Below are positions 51,595-61,192 of a stretch of 64,000 nucleotides of DNA, one piece after another (the first letter of the stretch is position 1; the number at the start of each line of letters is the position of its first letter). The translations under genes and the position numbers were made by a program. The notes beneath the pieces are model-generated. The model was given only the letters and a program-made list of their open reading frames with translations, did no database searches and was not told the origin of the DNA. Source of the DNA: Candidatus Thorarchaeota archaeon (GTDB lineage Archaea; Asgardarchaeota; Thorarchaeia; Thorarchaeales; Thorarchaeaceae); contig DXJO01000010.1 in NCBI GenBank assembly GCA_019057475.1, positions 320,001 through 384,000 on the forward strand, given 5' to 3'.

Positions 51595-52183
51595 TCTTGC
51601 TAGTAGTCAGTTGAGGTATACCGTGCCCGGGGCTGTAGGTGCAGCTTGGTCACTCAGGATGGCCCTTGACCAGTCATATCGGGTTGTTCTTGAGTCCACA
51701 GTAGGTCTGTTCCTACTACTAGTCGCCCTCGTAATCTACCTGAAGGGACGCGAGAAGAACCTTCTGCTTTGGAATAACGATACTGGAATTCTCGCCACTG
51801 TAAAGCCTCTCACAGTAGAAGTGTGTGCAGCTCGACTCATGACCAGTGTCCCGCTTGGGATTGACCTAAGCCATTCTGCGGGCAGAGTCCTTGAAGCCAT
51901 GACAATCAGGTTCAATGAGGAAAAGAATGCGGAACTGCGGTTCTTTGTCTGTCGCCCTTTGGGGCGTGGGGTCACACGCGTAGGCATGATGGTGGTTCGT
52001 CAAGCACCGAACATGCGCAGGTTGGTTTCTGTTGTTGAGAAGCTGTCAGAGAAGGTGCTGGAGGATGTAATGGTCTTGGAGAGTGCTCTGCGCGCAGCCT
52101 ATGCCCATATGCCCATTGCCCGAGCGGAGCTAGAAGATATCACTCTCATAAACTCTGGAGGTGTGGATTTCATTGTCAACTGA
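51584..52183 (+). CDS. Membrane-anchored hypothetical protein
   Basis: 1-2 N-terminal hydrophobic helices, then an alpha/beta domain. Confidence 0.65.
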   Translation: MASSLASSQLRYTVPGAVGAAWSLRMALDQSYRVVLESTVGLFLLLVALVIYLKGREKNLLLWNNDTGILATVKPLTVEVCAARLMTSVPLGIDLSHSAGRVLEAMTIRFNEEKNAELRFFVCRPLGRGVTRVGMMVVRQAPNMRRLVSVVEKLSEKVLEDVMVLESALRAAYAHMPIARAELEDITLINSGGVDFIVN

Positions 52184-52460
52184 GGTGCAAGCCCAGATTA
52201 CAATCCCCACATCGCTACGCCCTCGGGCTGTTATGGACTCATTATCAGTCGGCCATGGTTACAGTTGGATTGTTCTTGTTTCCACGCCTCTGAGGATAGC
52301 TCATGGAAGCACATCAGATGGGGACCTGCCAGAGCTACTGATTGTAGGTAAGACCCTCCTGATGAGCGGGGGAAATGAAGTCTACATCAACCGCTTGAGG
52401 AGGATGCTTGAGGTGTTGTCGGGCACTTCCGTAAGAGTACGGAGGGATGGCGATGTCTAA
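52161..52460 (+). CDS. Small hypothetical protein (start uncertain, possibly GTG at 52185)
   Basis: Fills the operon gap and overlaps both neighbours. Confidence 0.5.
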   Translation: MWISLSTEVQAQITIPTSLRPRAVMDSLSVGHGYSWIVLVSTPLRIAHGSTSDGDLPELLIVGKTLLMSGGNEVYINRLRRMLEVLSGTSVRVRRDGDV

Positions 52461-54804
52461 GGGCGGCCACATCATGGGCTCGAAGCCTGAGCGAGACCCT
52501 CTGGAAGAGATAAAGCAAGCCCAGCTTTGGGTCACACAGAGCACCGAGCTTAGATGGATCGATAGAAGTGTTCGTCCTTCATGGACGAGAGTCTTTCTAG
52601 CAACAGCAGCGATTATCATAGGAACATTCTGGATGCCTTGGCTTACAATCACGATGACGGCCCTAGCGCTAGTCATTCTTTCGATTCTTCTCAACTTATT
52701 CTCGGTGAACAGGACCCTGAAGGAATGGACACGTGTTCCCGAACCTGACCTAGCGGTCGAGGAAGATGAGAAGAAGAAGTACGTCTGCAGCAGGGGAACA
52801 GGAGGCGAGCAGCATATCGTGGGCCTGCACCTCAAGTCAGTTTCCTCCGACCTAGGCGGAGATCTTGGAAAACTCATTCGAGGCGTAGATACTGGGTACG
52901 GTCTGTGCCTCACTGTGGCAATGAGCCCTCAGAATCCCAAGAATATCCTTGAGGGTGATATCCTGCCGGAAGCACTTCAGGTCTACTTGGAGAGCATGTC
53001 ATCAAACGGGCTCAGGGGCTACATGCTTCGTAGAGGCGGCCTGTGGAAGGCAAGCACGTCGGTATATGGACATTCAAGAGACCGATTTGCGCTTCCCCGA
53101 TTTGAAGCATCCGTCAAGGGAGCAATTCCGGAACCCGGCTGGAAGAGAGAAAAGGCCAAAGATATCTTGGAACGAATTGCGACTCTTCAACTCACTAGGA
53201 ATGGCGCATTCCATGCGAGCGGGAGCGAGTTGACGGAGTGGCTCGTCCAGCTCAAGAGCGAACTTGGACCAGAGGTTGGCAGTAACGTACCAGGCGAGTT
53301 CATAGCACCGATACGTGACAGGCTGGGTGATTACCGCCTTGGCGTGACAATCAATCCTGAGACCCTCCAGACTGGACCGATGGCAGGCATGAGTCATAAT
53401 GATCTAACTGGAGGGATGTTGCTCTGTGGAGGTGATTGGCTGGAACGACGCAGAGTAATGATGCTCTTGACCAAGCAGCTTCTGGATGCTGGCAAGCGAG
53501 TAATGATTGTGAGTTCCAAGCCCGAAGCGATGGAGTTCGCAGCTCTTACAGACTCAGGGATCGGGTTGACTCTTGGAACGGACCTCGTTCTCAATCCAGT
53601 CGATGCTGAGGACATTCCGAGAAGTCTGTACGTACCTCAATTGAAGAGGGCACTTGAAACCATTGCAGACACAGACCTGAGTTCTGCGGCAGATTTTGAA
53701 CTGGCATTAGGGAGAGCGGTTGCCTTGTCGAATGCAACGCTCGCAGATGTCACACTCCCAAGCGTGAATGCGGATATGATGGATGGCACAGAGGCGCCTG
53801 TGACGGATAAGCCCTCTCGGAAGACAGAAGCAGGGATGGAAGCAGTCAAGGTGCTTTACCAGGGGTCAGGCTCAAGAGCCTTCTACGGACACCAGACTGT
53901 CAAGCTATCTAGGCTAGCAGAACAGCAGCTGAGCGTCACGGTCATATCATTGGGGTCAATCATTCTTGATACATTCGGGTGGGACCTCTTCAGCATGAAG
54001 CTGGCCGGCCTGCGCAGTGATTCCGATCTAGTTGTGATCTTTGACGGTCCTTTCAATCTCAAGCTCTATGGACCGTACGATTCCAGGTACAAGAGGCGCG
54101 TCCCGTTGACTGATCAGCTCACACGCGATTTGACGAGAAGAGGCCCTTTGATTGTGAGCATTGAGAGACCATCAGGTCTTGCCAAGGAAGTCGTGGCCAG
54201 GTTGTCATCGTGCATATCCCTCCGTCTTCGCGACAACTGGGATATCGGTGTTGCTACAGACATTCTCGGGTTAACGGTCATTGGTCATGGGTTGCACAGT
54301 AAGGCGCGCCAGTCTTCTAGAGAGTCATCATATCTGAGAGTGATGGAGAAGGGAATTGCGTTAATGGTACATGATGGTGCCGAAACCTGCCAGCCAATAC
54401 AACTTGACGATGCCCCTGCTTTACCGCCACCATCGACCGATGAGTTGTCGAACAGGACATCAGGGATTTTCAATGGCGCAACCAGCGATGATGGACACGC
54501 GAGCCACAAGACGCTGATAGGTCACGTAGCTGGAAGTAAGGCTGACTTGGCGGTGAGCGTGCTCAGATTGCTTCAGAGATACGAGCCCCTCACAGAGGAG
54601 GCACTTCGCAGATTCATCATCTCAAGCAGCGGACAGGAGGATATGGATGTCGAAGCGGTGCTTGTCAGGCTGGAACACGCCAGCGTGATCTTGCGGGGGC
54701 ACGAGTCACATGGGGGAGTGTCCTACGCGAATTATCGACTAACCATGAAAGGCACGATGGCACTACACCAGATGGCGGGAGAACAGGCCACGGCTACAGG
54801 ATGA
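52447..54804 (+). CDS. Membrane-anchored, degenerate HerA/VirB4/FtsK-like ATPase with C-terminal winged helix
   Basis: 2 TMs; MLLCGGDWLERR at the Walker A position; LVLNP; VVIFDGP; SIERPSGLAKEVVARLSSCISLRL resembles TQ.PS.L...V......I..RL; LVRLEHASVI...YRLTMKG wHTH. Confidence 0.6.
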   Translation: MAMSKGGHIMGSKPERDPLEEIKQAQLWVTQSTELRWIDRSVRPSWTRVFLATAAIIIGTFWMPWLTITMTALALVILSILLNLFSVNRTLKEWTRVPEPDLAVEEDEKKKYVCSRGTGGEQHIVGLHLKSVSSDLGGDLGKLIRGVDTGYGLCLTVAMSPQNPKNILEGDILPEALQVYLESMSSNGLRGYMLRRGGLWKASTSVYGHSRDRFALPRFEASVKGAIPEPGWKREKAKDILERIATLQLTRNGAFHASGSELTEWLVQLKSELGPEVGSNVPGEFIAPIRDRLGDYRLGVTINPETLQTGPMAGMSHNDLTGGMLLCGGDWLERRRVMMLLTKQLLDAGKRVMIVSSKPEAMEFAALTDSGIGLTLGTDLVLNPVDAEDIPRSLYVPQLKRALETIADTDLSSAADFELALGRAVALSNATLADVTLPSVNADMMDGTEAPVTDKPSRKTEAGMEAVKVLYQGSGSRAFYGHQTVKLSRLAEQQLSVTVISLGSIILDTFGWDLFSMKLAGLRSDSDLVVIFDGPFNLKLYGPYDSRYKRRVPLTDQLTRDLTRRGPLIVSIERPSGLAKEVVARLSSCISLRLRDNWDIGVATDILGLTVIGHGLHSKARQSSRESSYLRVMEKGIALMVHDGAETCQPIQLDDAPALPPPSTDELSNRTSGIFNGATSDDGHASHKTLIGHVAGSKADLAVSVLRLLQRYEPLTEEALRRFIISSSGQEDMDVEAVLVRLEHASVILRGHESHGGVSYANYRLTMKGTMALHQMAGEQATATG

Positions 54805-54854
54805 TGTGATATGACGAGTCTGAAGATGAGAACGCAACCGCAGGAGGAACAACC

Positions 54855-57059
54855 GTGACATCCGCCATGGATACCCCTACCTACGTTAAGGGCGTTCTTG
54901 CAGGTGTGGGACTCACTCCTAGGGGTATCCAGAGCAAGGCAATAGAGGCTGGACTACTTGAGGGCAAGAGTATCATGGTATGTTCCCCTACAGGCTCGGG
55001 TAAGACGCTTGTCGGAGAGATGGCTCTCCTCAGAGGGGTCAGCGATATTCGCAAAGGCATCTACCTCGTTCCCCTGCGGGCACTGGCCACGCAGGTTGTT
55101 AGTGTACTCAGGGAGCGCTATGCTGACCAGGGAATCAGGATTGAGATCTCCACAGGGGACTTTCAGACCGATGGCTCAGACCTTGCTGAGGCTCAGATAC
55201 TTGTAACGACCTATGAAAGAGCAGACTCCCTCGTGAGGCACAAGGTTGACTGGCTTAACAAAATCGGAGTGCTGGTCATTGACGAAGTACAGAATATCGG
55301 GCACACATCAAGAGGCGCGCGTTTAGAGAGCGTCATCATGAGGATGCGGAAACTGACTGAGGACCTCCAGATAGTTGCCCTATCTGCTACTGTCGGAGAA
55401 CCATACATGCTGGCTGACTGGCTAGGGTGTCATCTGGTGGAGTCTGATGTCCGTCCCGTGCCGTTGACATGCAAGCTGGTTCCAACAACAGACCGTGAGA
55501 AGACCGTGCAGCAACTCGTGATGGCCACTGTGCAGGCTGACGGTCAGGTCATTGTATTCCACAGGACCAGACGCGAAACTGAGGCTGAGGCTAACCGTCT
55601 GAAGGATAGTGTGGGGCGACAACTGCGCACTAAGGAACGTACGACCCTTGATAGGGAGATGGACTCCTTGGAGAACTGGAATGTCACAATACCCACGGAA
55701 ATGCGGCCACTTCTACATGATGGTGTTGCATACCACCATGCTGGTCTTGGAGCCCGCACGAGAAGGCTTGTCGAAACCATGTTCGGTCGTGGGTTGCTGA
55801 GGGTGGTCTGTGCAACCACAACACTGGCAGCCGGGATGGATCTACCTGCACGAACAGTGGTACTCACATCCGCAAGGTCTCCCCAACATCACAGACGGTT
55901 CCTTCCCGCTAATCAGGTCCATCAGATGCTGGGCAGGGCGGGTAGACCGGGAAAGGATGTTAGAGGTTTCGGAGTGATTCTCACTGGTAGTCAAGGCGAG
56001 GCTAGGATGCTGACAAAGGAGTACTTTGCGAGTGAAGTCAACCCTGATACTGGAACGCCAGTACTGACGCCAAACTACGAGCCGGTGACTAGCGAGCTTG
56101 GGACATCGACCAATCTCACGGAACAACTGCTAGTAGCACTCGACTTTCTAGGAGCGGCATCCCTTGAAGAAGTCGAGCAGGAGTACCTTGGAGAGTCATA
56201 TCTGTTCCATTGTGGTAGATGGCTAACGAATACTCCCATGAGGATTGTGCAACTCGGTGAGGTGACTGCGCTAGCCGCAATTGAGCGCCACGCCAATCCG
56301 AATATGGTCCGTTCTGCAAGAGAGAACATACTGGGTACGGTCAAGATTAGAGAGCGGGGTGATACAGTCATCGGGGGTATTGTTTCTGTGCTGAGGAGTG
56401 GCCAACAGACATGCAGGTTTTCAGCAAGGATGACATCCGATGGTACGCTGGAGGGGCCGATGTGCTCATGCGGCAGCCCCATGACCAAGCATGGCTTTCT
56501 GTGCAACCATCTTGTTGCGCTTGGCATGGCAGCATCATCGGAGCTGACTCAACTGGCCAATTTCGTCATCCCCCTCGCGTTGAGCGAAACGAGTCCGAGT
56601 GGCCTTCTGATACGTCTTGGACTCTTGGAGGGTGGTGAGGGCGACAAGTTGAGACCCACAACCCTCGGCAGAACTGTGAACAGACTCTACCTCAAGATTT
56701 CAACCTTCAAAGAGATGATGGCTCTTATTCCGACCATTGAAAGTAACATAGTCCTAATGTCGGTGCTGAGACATCTGGTATCACTTGAAACAGGTCAGAA
56801 ACAGGGTGAAACCTTTGACACCCTCATCGCTTCTGTCGCATCAACCAATCTCTCGATGAGAGAAATGGCTCGATTGGCCAACCTTGCTGTTGGCGACGTA
56901 AAAGCACTACTTGACAAGTCGCGCTCGCTTCTATACTCGATAGTGGCAGTGGCAGACAGGGGCAACATGGAGCGGGTGTCAGAGATGGTACACGACCTTC
57001 TTTCGATCATAGATTCAAGATTACATCACATGGAGAGCGAAAACAATGACAGTGACTGA
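54855..57059 (+). CDS. Ski2/Hel308-like SF2 helicase with inserted SWIM zinc finger
   Basis: SPTGSGKT, VPLRALA, TTYE, IDEVQ, RGARLE, LSAT, HHAGL, TTTLAAGMDLPA, QMLGRAGRPG; CSC-x10-CNH SWIM motif. Confidence 0.88.
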   Translation: MTSAMDTPTYVKGVLAGVGLTPRGIQSKAIEAGLLEGKSIMVCSPTGSGKTLVGEMALLRGVSDIRKGIYLVPLRALATQVVSVLRERYADQGIRIEISTGDFQTDGSDLAEAQILVTTYERADSLVRHKVDWLNKIGVLVIDEVQNIGHTSRGARLESVIMRMRKLTEDLQIVALSATVGEPYMLADWLGCHLVESDVRPVPLTCKLVPTTDREKTVQQLVMATVQADGQVIVFHRTRRETEAEANRLKDSVGRQLRTKERTTLDREMDSLENWNVTIPTEMRPLLHDGVAYHHAGLGARTRRLVETMFGRGLLRVVCATTTLAAGMDLPARTVVLTSARSPQHHRRFLPANQVHQMLGRAGRPGKDVRGFGVILTGSQGEARMLTKEYFASEVNPDTGTPVLTPNYEPVTSELGTSTNLTEQLLVALDFLGAASLEEVEQEYLGESYLFHCGRWLTNTPMRIVQLGEVTALAAIERHANPNMVRSARENILGTVKIRERGDTVIGGIVSVLRSGQQTCRFSARMTSDGTLEGPMCSCGSPMTKHGFLCNHLVALGMAASSELTQLANFVIPLALSETSPSGLLIRLGLLEGGEGDKLRPTTLGRTVNRLYLKISTFKEMMALIPTIESNIVLMSVLRHLVSLETGQKQGETFDTLIASVASTNLSMREMARLANLAVGDVKALLDKSRSLLYSIVAVADRGNMERVSEMVHDLLSIIDSRLHHMESENNDSD

Positions 57060-58860
57060 AGACGAACGGCCGACACATGAGGCTGAGGGGTCCAAGGCCC
57101 CCAAAGGAGAATTGAAGGCCTACGATATAGTGAAAGTCCTAGAGGCTACTGACCATCTAACTCATGTTTCCCCAAATGGGCTGGTGTTGGGGGTAAGGAT
57201 ATCGGGGATTTCAGGGGCAAGAGGGGTTCACATCGAGATAGTTCATATCCTGGACCTCAGGGAAGCAGTATTTGGCAAGGGTGGTTTTGCCTTACAGGCA
57301 TCAGTTCTTGAGAGTGTTAACAGGGAACTCCCTAGCCTCTTGAAGGACGTTGGGCTTCGAGAACGGTTGGAGGAAACATCACCGTTGACACCATGGGGAC
57401 GAGTGCCCATGCATACTCTGCGTTCTGCGTCTGGTAAGCGAAAGTCCTTGGTCTATGAAACCAGACTTGTTTACGTTGTAACTCAGGATGTCCGATCCTC
57501 TGCGGACCTGAGCTGGTTGACTGCAAATGGAAGGGTGGTCAGTGTGCATGACTTTTCCCTTGCTAGAAAGAGCGACGCAAGAATCATTTTGCCCGACCTC
57601 GAGAAGAGCCTAATCATGGACAAGTGGGATGATTTCTCAAGGGCTGTCCGGAATGGATGGTACGGAGTGCTAGCGGCTGGGGCTAGTGTGCTCGGCGGTG
57701 TGACATCCCTCATGGTCCTGTTATCGAACTCAGGCAACCTCATCGCACCATTGGCCTTCATGGGCGTGTGTGGGGCGGTGGCAGGGCGGCTACTCAAGCA
57801 GTCCCACAAAGGGCTAAACGAATTCCGCGAAGTAATTGAGAGTGAGCAGGCAGGAATTGCATCTCTTGGCGATAGGAAACGTGTGGCGGACTCGATAAAG
57901 AGCAATGAGAATAAGATTAGGCTCATTGGCGACCTGAGCTTTGTGATATCCCCCTTAATGGCGTCTGCATCGAAGAACCTTGAGGATGGCGACGTCAACG
58001 GTGCCGTGGTGCTTGCAGAAAGGGTCTTGGATGAGCTCGTGAGGCTCTCGCCATCTGATGAGGACAAGAAGGGTATTATGACTGGGGACGTTGGGATTGA
58101 GAGATTCATTGGCGTCTTCCGCAATGTAGGCGCAGACCTGACAGAAGCCGAGGAGGTCTCTCTGGCCCTTGCCTACACGGCAATAACAGGACATATCACC
58201 ACGCCACTAGGGGTGGAAGAAGCCCTGACGCATATGGCTGTCTTGAATACAAGTCTATTCAACGCAGGTGTGTTGAGTCCAACAGTGAGGGGCTCCATTG
58301 ATGATATGTTCATCTCTAGAGCATTTCATGTAATCGTCGACGAGTTCGATGAAGATCTTGCCAAGCCAGAAGAGGAGATTGTGCAGACCGTTGACGAGCA
58401 TGGCTCTGGCATGGAGGAGTTGCTTGGGGACATTGCAAAGTCCGGTCCGGTTGCAGAGGAGCACGAGGAGGAGGCTAACCCCAAGGTGGACGAAACCCCT
58501 AAGGATGAACCGCCAGAAGGAGAGTCTGCTGAGATAGAGTCTACAGAGGATGAGGCTAAAGCCGATCGTGTTAAGGCTGTTGAGGTCGAAATCGCGCCCC
58601 CTAGCGAAGCGGAACCTGAAGGGGATCAGGATGATGCTGATGGCAAGGAAGAGCCAATTCCTGAGGCCCCAGATGATGTGGATGTCACAGAGGCAGAGCA
58701 ACCAAAGGCGCCTGTGGTGATGCAGTCTTCACTTGATGAGGTTGAGAAGGAGAAGGATCCCTCTACGGGACCTGAGGTCCTCAGCAGGAGGAATAAAAAA
58801 CAAGCCAAACAGAACGCCATGATTCGAAAGAAGCGGGAGAGTGGAAAGGTCGCAGCTTAA
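57046..58860 (+). CDS. Membrane protein with long acidic disordered tail
   Basis: Two central TMs; helical domain; Glu/Pro-rich C-terminal ~150 aa ending in a basic patch. Confidence 0.7.
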   Translation: MTVTEDERPTHEAEGSKAPKGELKAYDIVKVLEATDHLTHVSPNGLVLGVRISGISGARGVHIEIVHILDLREAVFGKGGFALQASVLESVNRELPSLLKDVGLRERLEETSPLTPWGRVPMHTLRSASGKRKSLVYETRLVYVVTQDVRSSADLSWLTANGRVVSVHDFSLARKSDARIILPDLEKSLIMDKWDDFSRAVRNGWYGVLAAGASVLGGVTSLMVLLSNSGNLIAPLAFMGVCGAVAGRLLKQSHKGLNEFREVIESEQAGIASLGDRKRVADSIKSNENKIRLIGDLSFVISPLMASASKNLEDGDVNGAVVLAERVLDELVRLSPSDEDKKGIMTGDVGIERFIGVFRNVGADLTEAEEVSLALAYTAITGHITTPLGVEEALTHMAVLNTSLFNAGVLSPTVRGSIDDMFISRAFHVIVDEFDEDLAKPEEEIVQTVDEHGSGMEELLGDIAKSGPVAEEHEEEANPKVDETPKDEPPEGESAEIESTEDEAKADRVKAVEVEIAPPSEAEPEGDQDDADGKEEPIPEAPDDVDVTEAEQPKAPVVMQSSLDEVEKEKDPSTGPEVLSRRNKKQAKQNAMIRKKRESGKVAA

Positions 58861-59539
58861 GGATGATTCCATGTTCGGGCTTGACGGTCTGATACATCTC
58901 TCGGGAGTGGCTGGTTCTGGCAAGACCCTCTTTGCAGTCGCCTTGGCTTCCAAGGCTACGCGGAATGGAAAAGTGCTATGGATCAACACCGATGCGAAGA
59001 CCGCATTTGTCAATCATCTGAAGGTCAACATTGATTCGGTAGGTGGCGACAGGACAGCAAGCTCTATTCTCCCAATCGTGGGTCACAAGCGTGTTCGAGA
59101 AGCCATTCTCGATCTTCCAAACAGTCTTGACAATAACACGGTGCTTTTGGTAGTCGACCCCGTAACGCGAGCTTTGGATATGTCCCACAGAGAGGATGTG
59201 ATGTGGGGCAGAGAAATGTTCGAGGAAGTGATGCCCACCCTTGCAGGTCTGGTGATTGCCAGAGGAATGAATGTGGTAATAGTGTCTGAGAGCAGGAGCT
59301 TTGACCGCGAGCCTGCTGCTGTGTTTCATAGGTCGATAGAGAGGTGGGCTGATCACGACTTGGTACTGTCTAGGCGGTATGGCGCATTAACCACGGATGT
59401 GGCACGGTATCAGACTGAAGGTGCCGTTCCTTTTGTGCAATTCACATTAACAGAGGAGGGGGTCGTTAAGGTGACAGAATTCAATGATGGAAACAACTCG
59501 GAGGTGTCGGATTGTTCGGGAAGTCGATGCTCCGCGTAG
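58841..59539 (+). CDS. RadB-like RecA-family ATPase
   Basis: HLSGVAGSGKT, VLWINTD, LLVVDPV, VIVSE; no N-terminal HhH domain. Confidence 0.75.
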   Translation: MERSQLKDDSMFGLDGLIHLSGVAGSGKTLFAVALASKATRNGKVLWINTDAKTAFVNHLKVNIDSVGGDRTASSILPIVGHKRVREAILDLPNSLDNNTVLLVVDPVTRALDMSHREDVMWGREMFEEVMPTLAGLVIARGMNVVIVSESRSFDREPAAVFHRSIERWADHDLVLSRRYGALTTDVARYQTEGAVPFVQFTLTEEGVVKVTEFNDGNNSEVSDCSGSRCSA

Positions 59540-60483
59540 TAGGACTGGTAGTTGCTGGTGCCGTGGCACTTGCCATGGGTGCTAGTCTGCTGAGTTCAGT
59601 TGTGGGAGTTGTAACTGCTCTAAGAGCTGGCGATATAGTTCCGTTCATTGTTGTGACAGTGACCACAGTCATCTTCCTTAGACTATCGGCAAACTCTCCT
59701 GAGAAACGAACACCTATCCACGTATTGCTGGGAGTGCTCGGATGGGCATCTGCAATCTACTTATTCGTGGTTGTTCTGATGTGGGTGCTTCCATTCGGAG
59801 TGGCGCCGGCAATCCTTGCAGCAGGTATCACAGCTGTGCTGTGCGGGTTCGTGAGAGATCCAACCGGACTCAATGAGAAGATGAGTCGAATAGCCGATGT
59901 TTCATCATCGCTAGGTCTGAGTCCTAATGGGCTGAGCATCACCTCGCAATTAGACGGCACTCAGTCGATATGGACGAGAATGGAGCGTTTCCGGTACAAG
60001 GTCATAATCATTCCCCACAAGCATTTCGACACAGTGATTGACCTCCTCAAGGATCGCCCCAAACTTCCAGTATCCTTCACACGACTGGAGGATACAGATG
60101 TTCTGATAGTGAGAGATGAGGAGTGGGCCGACAATGTTCTTGCAGTGTTGAGAGAGAGTGGTGTCCATGACGCATATATTGCCTCCCCTCTTCTTGAAAA
60201 AGCGATACTTGCATTCCCCCTGTTAGAGCATGAACACGGGGTGAAGGTCATTGACTATCAATTCACCTATGACGCCGATACTGTACAAAAGCTACTGGCG
60301 ATTCAACCACTGCGAATGACCGTGTATCCCGATCCTAAGGGGCTCGTTGTGATGGTTTTCAGTGACAGTGTGCTCGGGCTCAACCTTGAACCCCTTCCGA
60401 TGGGAAGAGAAGCATCAGCAGTTATGGCCCGTGTTATATCACACCTACACAGAGGTGAACCTACTATTGGCAGTTCCACTTGA
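59512..60483 (+). CDS. Polytopic membrane protein (3-4 TMs plus soluble domain)
   Basis: Hydrophobic N-terminal ~115 aa; GGAGGTG SD. Confidence 0.7.
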   Translation: MFGKSMLRVVGLVVAGAVALAMGASLLSSVVGVVTALRAGDIVPFIVVTVTTVIFLRLSANSPEKRTPIHVLLGVLGWASAIYLFVVVLMWVLPFGVAPAILAAGITAVLCGFVRDPTGLNEKMSRIADVSSSLGLSPNGLSITSQLDGTQSIWTRMERFRYKVIIIPHKHFDTVIDLLKDRPKLPVSFTRLEDTDVLIVRDEEWADNVLAVLRESGVHDAYIASPLLEKAILAFPLLEHEHGVKVIDYQFTYDADTVQKLLAIQPLRMTVYPDPKGLVVMVFSDSVLGLNLEPLPMGREASAVMARVISHLHRGEPTIGSST

Positions 60484-61180
60484 CTCAATTGACATAGCAA
60501 CAGAGCCTGTGACAAGGCTGGTGCCACGACAACTTGACAGGGTGCTAGGACAACTACTGGTCCCCGGTCAGGTCAGTCTTATTCATGGCCCTGACAGGTC
60601 TCCGCTAACGACCATTGCGCATGCTGTTGCGGTGGGTGCTGTCAAGTCCGGTGGTCGATCCGCATACTTGGATTCCGGTACCAACTACAGCTCCGCCCTC
60701 GCAAGGGTGCTGTGCAACAGAAGTGGCTCTCCGGAGGATTTACTGAAGGAAATTGCAGTGGGGCCGGTGATGAGTCTTGCAGATCTTGAGGGCATGGTCC
60801 TTCAGGTGTCCTCCATGGAAGGTATCACCGTGGTGGTAGTGGATAGTCTGACGGGAGTGCTGAATCTAACTGGGGCTCCGAGGAGCAAGGGCAGACAGAG
60901 GAAACTCTTTGCCACCCTTGAGGTTCTGAGGGGTGTCGTGAATGACAACAATATCCATCTGTTCATCACGGACCACTCGGCAAGGAAATGGAACAATGGA
61001 ACACCAAGCCCGATTGGAGGCAACGTCATCGCGCACGGCGTTGACTCTCTCATCAGAGTGGACCGCCTTGCTGTTAAGGAGGGTTTGTTCAGGCTTGAGG
61101 TGGAAAGAAGTCCGGTCAATCCGGCTGACAAGGGAGTGGTCGTACGGATCGGACTGAATGGAATCAGGTCGATCAAATAG
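60467..61180 (+). CDS. RecA/RadA-family paralog with inactivated Walker A
   Basis: LDRVLG...PGQVSLIHGPDRSPLT, YLDSG, VVVVDSL, FITDH, PIGGNVIAHGVD; TTG start after GAGGTG. Confidence 0.75.
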   Translation: MAVPLDSIDIATEPVTRLVPRQLDRVLGQLLVPGQVSLIHGPDRSPLTTIAHAVAVGAVKSGGRSAYLDSGTNYSSALARVLCNRSGSPEDLLKEIAVGPVMSLADLEGMVLQVSSMEGITVVVVDSLTGVLNLTGAPRSKGRQRKLFATLEVLRGVVNDNNIHLFITDHSARKWNNGTPSPIGGNVIAHGVDSLIRVDRLAVKEGLFRLEVERSPVNPADKGVVVRIGLNGIRSIK

Positions 61181-61192
61181 GGGGAACTGGGA

